NCBI GenBank assembly: GCA_004431415.1
Contig: QPMI01000569.1
Coordinates: 1 to 64,000, forward strand
Reading direction: 5' to 3'
Source: Cyanophora paradoxa CCMP329
Taxonomy: Eukaryota > Plantae > Glaucophyta
DNA: 64,000 bases
Shown: piece by piece, positions 58,608-64,000 of the stretch
How positions within the stretch are numbered: the stretch's first letter is position 1
Layout of the letters: each line of letters begins with the position of its first letter
Notes under the pieces: model-generated
What the model saw: the letters and a program-made list of their open reading frames with translations, nothing else
What the model was told of the DNA's origin: nothing
Databases searched by the model: none
Translations under genes and position numbers: made by a program

Positions 58608-61600
58608 TCACTCGGCCCAGGAGACCTTGGGCCGGTGCGGGGGAAGGTCTTGGCCCTGCCCCGCGTCGCTGGCGCGCGCCGGCGCCGCCGCGGCCGAGCC
58701 CGAGGCGGCGGCCGCGGCGCCCGAGGCGGCGCCGGCGGACGGGCTCGCCGAGCCGGGCGCGAGGTTGAGCTTGGGCACGCTCGGGTGCTGCGCCTGGGCC
58801 GCGGGGGAGGACGAGGCGGGGGCCGAGGAGGGCCCGGCCACGGCCGGAGCCGGCGCCGGGGAGCGCCAGAGCCCGCTCGGCTGGCTCCCGGGCAGCGCCG
58901 CCCCCCCGATCGGCTCCCCGGCGACGGGGCTCGGCCCCCCCGAGCCCCCCGGCACCGCCGCGCCAGTCAGGTCCCGCCCGCTCGTGCTGTTCCCGGGCGT
59001 GATGCGCCGCAGCTTCTCTGCGGGAGGAGTGAGCGCGCGGGCCAAGGTTGAAGGGGGGCGCGCGGGGCCCCTCGCTGCGCACCGATCTCCTCGCGGAGCT
59101 GGGCGTTGCTGCGGGTGCCGGTCTCGAGCTCCTTGATGAGGCCCGACTGCTCGGAGACCTGCAGCTCGACGCGCTCCGCCAGCGTCAGGTCCTCCGCCCC
59201 CTCGCTGCCGCCCCGCCCCGCCCTCAGCGGCGCCCCCCGGGGGAGGGGCGGGATGGGGAGGGGCGGACTTGGCGCCGACGAGGAGGACGCGGCGGGAGGA
59301 CTTCTCGGAGAAGGAGCCCGAGGGGCGGAGGACGCCCCGCACGGGGTTCGGCAGGGCCCCCGCCCCGTGCTGCAGCGCCTCCTGCATGCGCCTCGTCGCC
59401 GGGGGCGGCGGCGGGGGCGCTGCGGGGGGAGGGCGGGGGCCCGACCTGCTTGACCCGCTCGAGCTCCTCGTGGTACTGGCTGCGCAGCGCCCGCGACGAG
59501 GCGAGGACCTGCGCGCCGCCGGCCGGCGGTGAGGGCGGGCGGGGCGGGGCGAGGGGCCGGGGGGCCGGCACCTCGCGGAGGATGCTGTTCGAGCCGGCGA
59601 GCTGCGACTCGAGCGTCCGCATCGCCTCCGAGAGTGTGTCCTGCGCGCGCCGCTCAGGCGGGGGCGGGCACGACCCGAGAAGAAGGGCGGCGGGGGCAGG
59701 CGCCTTCTGGGCGACGGCGACGGCCGCCTCGTTGCGGGCGGCGGCGAGCTCGGACTCCTGCGGGGCGGCTCGGGCGGGGGCGGGGGAGGCAGGGAGGGGC
59801 GCGGGGGCCGGGGCGGGGGCGGACGAGGCGGCGGATCTGGGCGCGGGCCTCCTCGAGGAGCTGGCGGGTGGCGAGCAGCTCGTCCTGCTCCGAGCCCGAC
59901 GCGTTCTCCTGCCCGAACGGGCTCCGCGGCCGCTGCGGCGCCTCGCTCAGCTGCCGCTCCAGGAACGCCTGCCCAGAAACGCGTCAGGGGGAGAGGAGAG
60001 GCCGGGGCGATGGGGGGTACGCACGAGCTGCGCCGCCATCTGCTCGCGCCGCGCGTTCGTGCGCTCGATTGCGCCCTGAGCGCGGCCGGTCAGCCCCGGC
60101 CCACGCCCCCGCCCGCCGCAAGAAGAGCAACGCGCTAGGAGCTCCCATGAGGGCAGCGGCGCCCGGCGCCGGCGCAGCGATCTCGACGGATCGCGAAGCG
60201 GGCGGGCGGGCCGGGGCGCCGGCCGCGGGCTCCCGCGCACCTTCCTGAGGGACTTCATCTCGGCGAGGCGGCCCTCGAGGTAGTCCACCTCGGTGCCCAG
60301 CGAGCGCAGGAGCCTGCCCCGCCCCGCCCCAGCTCAGCGCCCGCGCCGGCGCCGGAGGCGGCGGAGGCGGCGGGCGCACATGCTGTCCGAGTCGAGGAAG
60401 TTGCCCTTCAGGAAGCGCATGTGGTCCACGAAAGCCTGCCGCGTGGCCGCTGAGGGAACGGCGCCGCGGAGGAGAAGGAAGAACAGTCGAGGGCGCACCT
60501 GGCGCATCTGGCGGATGGACGCGGCGTCGCAGTTCGCTTCGTTCTCCTCGACAAGGCGGACCATCTGCGGAGGGCTCAGCGGGCCCGGCGTGCGAGAGCG
60601 GCTGAGAAGGAGAAAGACCAGAAAAGAACCAACCTCGGCGTACACGATCGCGTTGTTCTCCACGCTCGATCCGTAGCAGAAGCGCTTCGCGAACTCGCCG
60701 CGCAGCTCCTCGCTGAGTCCCTGGCCCTCCCACAGCGACACCAGGCTGCGCGGCGCGTTAACGGGACAGCGAGCAGAACGGGCGGATCGGGGGCGGCCTT
60801 GACCGGTTCTTCAGGCGCTCGAACTGCTCCTCGTCGATTTGAGAAGCATTAACGTCGGGGCGGGGCGACGTGGCCTGGCTCTGCGGCGCCGAGGCCGAGC
60901 TCGAGGAGGCGCGCTGCCGAAGGGCGTCAGGACGGCCGCCGTTCGTCGGTACAAAGCAGAAGCACGCGGACCCCTGGCGACTTGCTGCTGTTGCGGCTAG
61001 ACGGCGCCTTCGACGAGGAGGCCGAGCCCGGGCGGGTCGACGGAGTACCGCCTGTGGAAGCACGGCGCGGGGGCTCGTTCCTGCGGGCGGCGCCGCGTCA
61101 TATCGACGAAGAGAGAGCAGCTAAGTGCTAGTGCCTTCATCAACGAATGATGCTTGGGGCAGACGCACTTCGAGAAGGAAACGGTCTGACGGGCGGCGCC
61201 CGAGGACCGCACACGAGCAGCACTGGCGATCGGCGCGCCAGCAGGAGCAGGACGGCTGTCGGAACCCGGAATGGGCTCGCGGATGTCGCCCTGGCTTTTC
61301 GATCGGCTCCGCTGGATGGTTGCGAGTCTATCCAGCTCATCAACCTGTCTTCGGCGGTCGGCGCAGGCCGGCGAGGAGAGAGTACACGGATGGATTGCCT
61401 GCACGATGCCGCGCTGAAGAGGGCGGCCGTACTCGTTGTGCGCGTTCAGCGAAGCCCGTCGAAGGTTTAGCCGCCCGCCCGACATCGTACGCTGCGGAAC
61501 GCGCTCCTCGTCTGACGGGGGCCGGTCACCGGAAGAGCGAGGAGACGTCTCTCCATCCTCGTCAGAGTCCCTGAGCCCGCGGCGCGTCAGGACCAGACTC

Positions 61601-61704
61601 AATGCAACCCTGCAACGCCCGCCCGAGGGGTCTAACCTGTGGTCAGAGAACGAAACGTGCTTGTTGCGGTCGCCGTGGTGTCCTGGGTGGTCCGATCCTT
61701 CCAT
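58608..61704 (-). CDS. hypothetical coiled-coil protein (multi-exon)
   Basis: MEGSDHPGHHGDRNKHVSFSDH..., helical exons LVSLWEGQGLSEELRGEFAKRF, EVDYLEGRLAEMKSLRK, ELLATRQLLEEARAQIRRL, LSEAMRTLESQL joined by short introns; ends PKVSWAE-stop. Confidence 0.65.
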
Positions 61705-61854
61705 CGGCGCGCCGTCTGCAAGCTAGAGGGGTAGAGACTTCTGCGACCCCAAAGCAGAACACACAACGCCAGCACCTTTCCTGCATGCTCACCGACGCCA
61801 GAAGTGAGTAGAGACGCGCTTGAGACTGGACAGAGCCGCGGGCGCATTGTAGCG

Positions 61855-64000
61855 ATGAGCGACTCGGGATCCGCCGCAGGTTCGCGACCCTGCTCGCCCT
61901 CAGGGCCTGCCAGCTGCGCAGTAGCTAAGAGTGATCCGGCGTGCGGGTTCCTAGTCGCCGCAAGGGGATTCTGAAATAGTCCTAGCCGGACCTCGCGCCC
62001 GATCTGGCTAGCCGGCCGGGAGCTGCCGCCCGACGCAGCCGAGCCGAGCTGCAGCGCATCCTGCGCGCGTGCCAGTGCTAGTCTCCTGCCCGGCCTGAGG
62101 CCAGTGGCGGTCGCGCTGACCCTCGCCTCGCAGGCGGCGGCGAGGTGGTGCGCACGGTGAACGTGCTGGACCGGTGCGCTCCGGCCCGCGGCCTCCCGCG
62201 CCGGCGCCTCTCGGGGCTCTGACGGCGGCGCAGGAACCCGGACCTGCCGCACATGAGCGTGGCCGTCGTCCGCCGCTCCTTCTCCGAGGCGGTCCCGCAG
62301 CGCGGGGCGGGCGGCGGGGAGGCGCCCGAGGCCGACCCCGCGCTCCTGGGCGACACAAGCGTCGAGCCGGCCCCGCCGTCGCCGGCGCCCGGCTCGAAGC
62401 GCGGCGAGGGCGGCGGGGGCGACCCGGCGTACGAGGACGACGACTTCGAGAGCCACGACGCCGGCCGCGGCGCCTCGCGCGGGCGGCCGCCGAGGGCGCC
62501 CCGCCGGAGCCGGCCCCGGAAGCCGAGGCCGCGGCGGGGGACGAGGCGCCCGAGCCGCCGGAGCAGCCGCCGGCGCCGCCCGAGGCCGCAGCCGCCGCCC
62601 CGCGGCGGCCCCTCCGGAGGAGGAGCGCGGGGGAGAGCAGGCGGCGGAACCGGCGCCCGAGCCCGCGCCAGCCGCGGACGCGGCCGAGCCGGAGCCGGAG
62701 CCCGAGCCCGCAGCTGAACCGGAGGCGGAGCCCGAGGCGGCGGCCGAGGCACCAGCGCCGGCCGAGGCGGCGCCGGGGCCGAAGCAGAGGCGCCGGAGCC
62801 CGAGGCGGAGGCGGCGGAGGAGGAGGAGGAGGCGGCGCCCCCGCCGCCCCCGCCCCCGCCCCGCCGAAGCCGGCGCCGGCCGCGAAGCCGGCGGCGGCGG
62901 CCCGCCGGCCCCGCGATGCAGAAGAGCCAGTCCGAGCCGGCCATCCCCCGCGCCCGCCCCGAGACATCCCCTCCCCGGCCTCTCCACGGTGCCTCCCCCC
63001 GCCCCGCGCCCCCGCAGCGCCAGCGCCGGGGCGGGGGCGGGCGGGGCGTGACGGGGCGGCGGCAGGCGGCGTCGCTGCCGCGGGTGGTGACGGCGTCGAC
63101 GGCGTCGCGGGCGAACGCGTCGGGGCGGGGCGGCAGGTCGGCACGCCCGCCCCGGGGCGTACAGCCTCGAAGGACCCAACCGCTGGGCTCCCGCGGCTTC
63201 ACCATGCTCTCCCGCAAGATCCCCACCGCTCCCCCACGACTACAGTCCGCCCCGCCCCGCCCGCCCGCCCCGCCCCGCCCCGCCCCGCCCGCCCCGCCCC
63301 GCCCCGCCCCGCCCCGCCCCGCTGAGCGGGGGCTAGACCCGGTGGGCCCCGGGCGTACAACCCGCCCGTGGAGGTCGGCGAGAAGCGCGGCAACATGTGG
63401 ACCAGCACCAAGGGTCACGCCCTCGCCGTCAAGCGTCCGCCCCGCCCCGCCCCGCCCCGCCCCGCCCCCCCCCCCCCCCCCCCCCCCCCTCTTCGCCGGG
63501 CGCCGCCCCGCCCGGGCCCCGCTGAAGCCGTCGTCCGTGGACGCAGCCTCGCCCGTCCCCGACGTCGGCAAATGTGCGGCCACCGCCCGCCGCTCGCCCC
63601 GCCCCCCGCCCCGCCGGGGCGCGCTGACGGCTCCTCCGCGTGGCAGACAACCCGAGCTTCGAGGCGGTCTCGACGATGCCGTCGCCGCCGCGGCAGCGCT
63701 GGGGCAACGAGCGCCGCCTCAAGCACGGGCCCTCCGGTGCCCCCCGCGCCCCCGCCCGCCCCGCCCCGCCCCGCCCCTTGCCCCCGCCTGACGATCCGAT
63801 GCGCAGCGCCGTACCTTGGGGAGGGGTCCGCCCGCGAGAATCTCGGCACCTTCTCGCCGGGTCGGCGCATCCATGCCCCCGTGCCGCCCCCTCCCCGGGC
63901 CCTCGGCGCCTGACCCCGCCGCGCCCGCGCCCGTGCAGGCCCGGGCATCTACGACCCCAAGTACGAAGCCCAGCTGGTCCGCCCTACCCCTCTCCGCTTC
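61855..64000 (+). CDS. SHIPPO-repeat (ODF3/STPG-like) flagellar protein, 3'-truncated by the window edge; 5' end uncertain
   Basis: PG-rich repeats VGPGAYNP (about 63342) and SP|GPGIYDPKY (about 63940), GFTMLSRK, and an N-terminal Glu/Pro/Ala-rich region. Confidence 0.65.

Noticed and set aside
80-63948. Many Arg/Pro/Gly/Ala-rich ORFs in the ORF track
   Set aside because: Expected stop-poor shadow frames in very GC-rich DNA that overlap identified spliced genes.

Overview
Gene-dense, very GC-rich eukaryotic nuclear DNA with many short (about 55-90 nt) spliceosomal introns, so most long six-frame ORFs are shadows of spliced genes. Gene content (flagellar/centriolar genes, RWP-RK factor, CBM20 protein) suggests a flagellated alga; a glaucophyte such as Cyanophora is my unconfirmed guess. 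About 15 genes were reconstructed by eye: the 3' end of isopropylmalate synthase, an F-box/LRR protein, a small hypothetical, a CEP164-like WW/IQ protein, a cbEGF-repeat/EF-hand protein, an RWP-RK+PB1 transcription factor, a giant Ser/Pro-repeat membrane protein (11 kb internal repeat), CHMP7, DCTPP1, an unknown protein, CSN6, AP-2 mu, a CBM20 protein, a coiled-coil protein and a SHIPPO/ODF3-like protein. Highlights: (1) a 169-172 bp fold-back tandem array inside a CSN6 intron, each unit carrying an antisense 19-aa ORF ending in the ubiquitin-like tail RLRGG; (2) a non-autonomous LTR element whose 144-bp LTRs contain tRNA-type Pol III A/B boxes; (3) frequent GC-AG introns with C-rich 5' and G-rich 3' halves and often no polypyrimidine tract. 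All calls are manual motif recognition; no database searches or folding programs were run.
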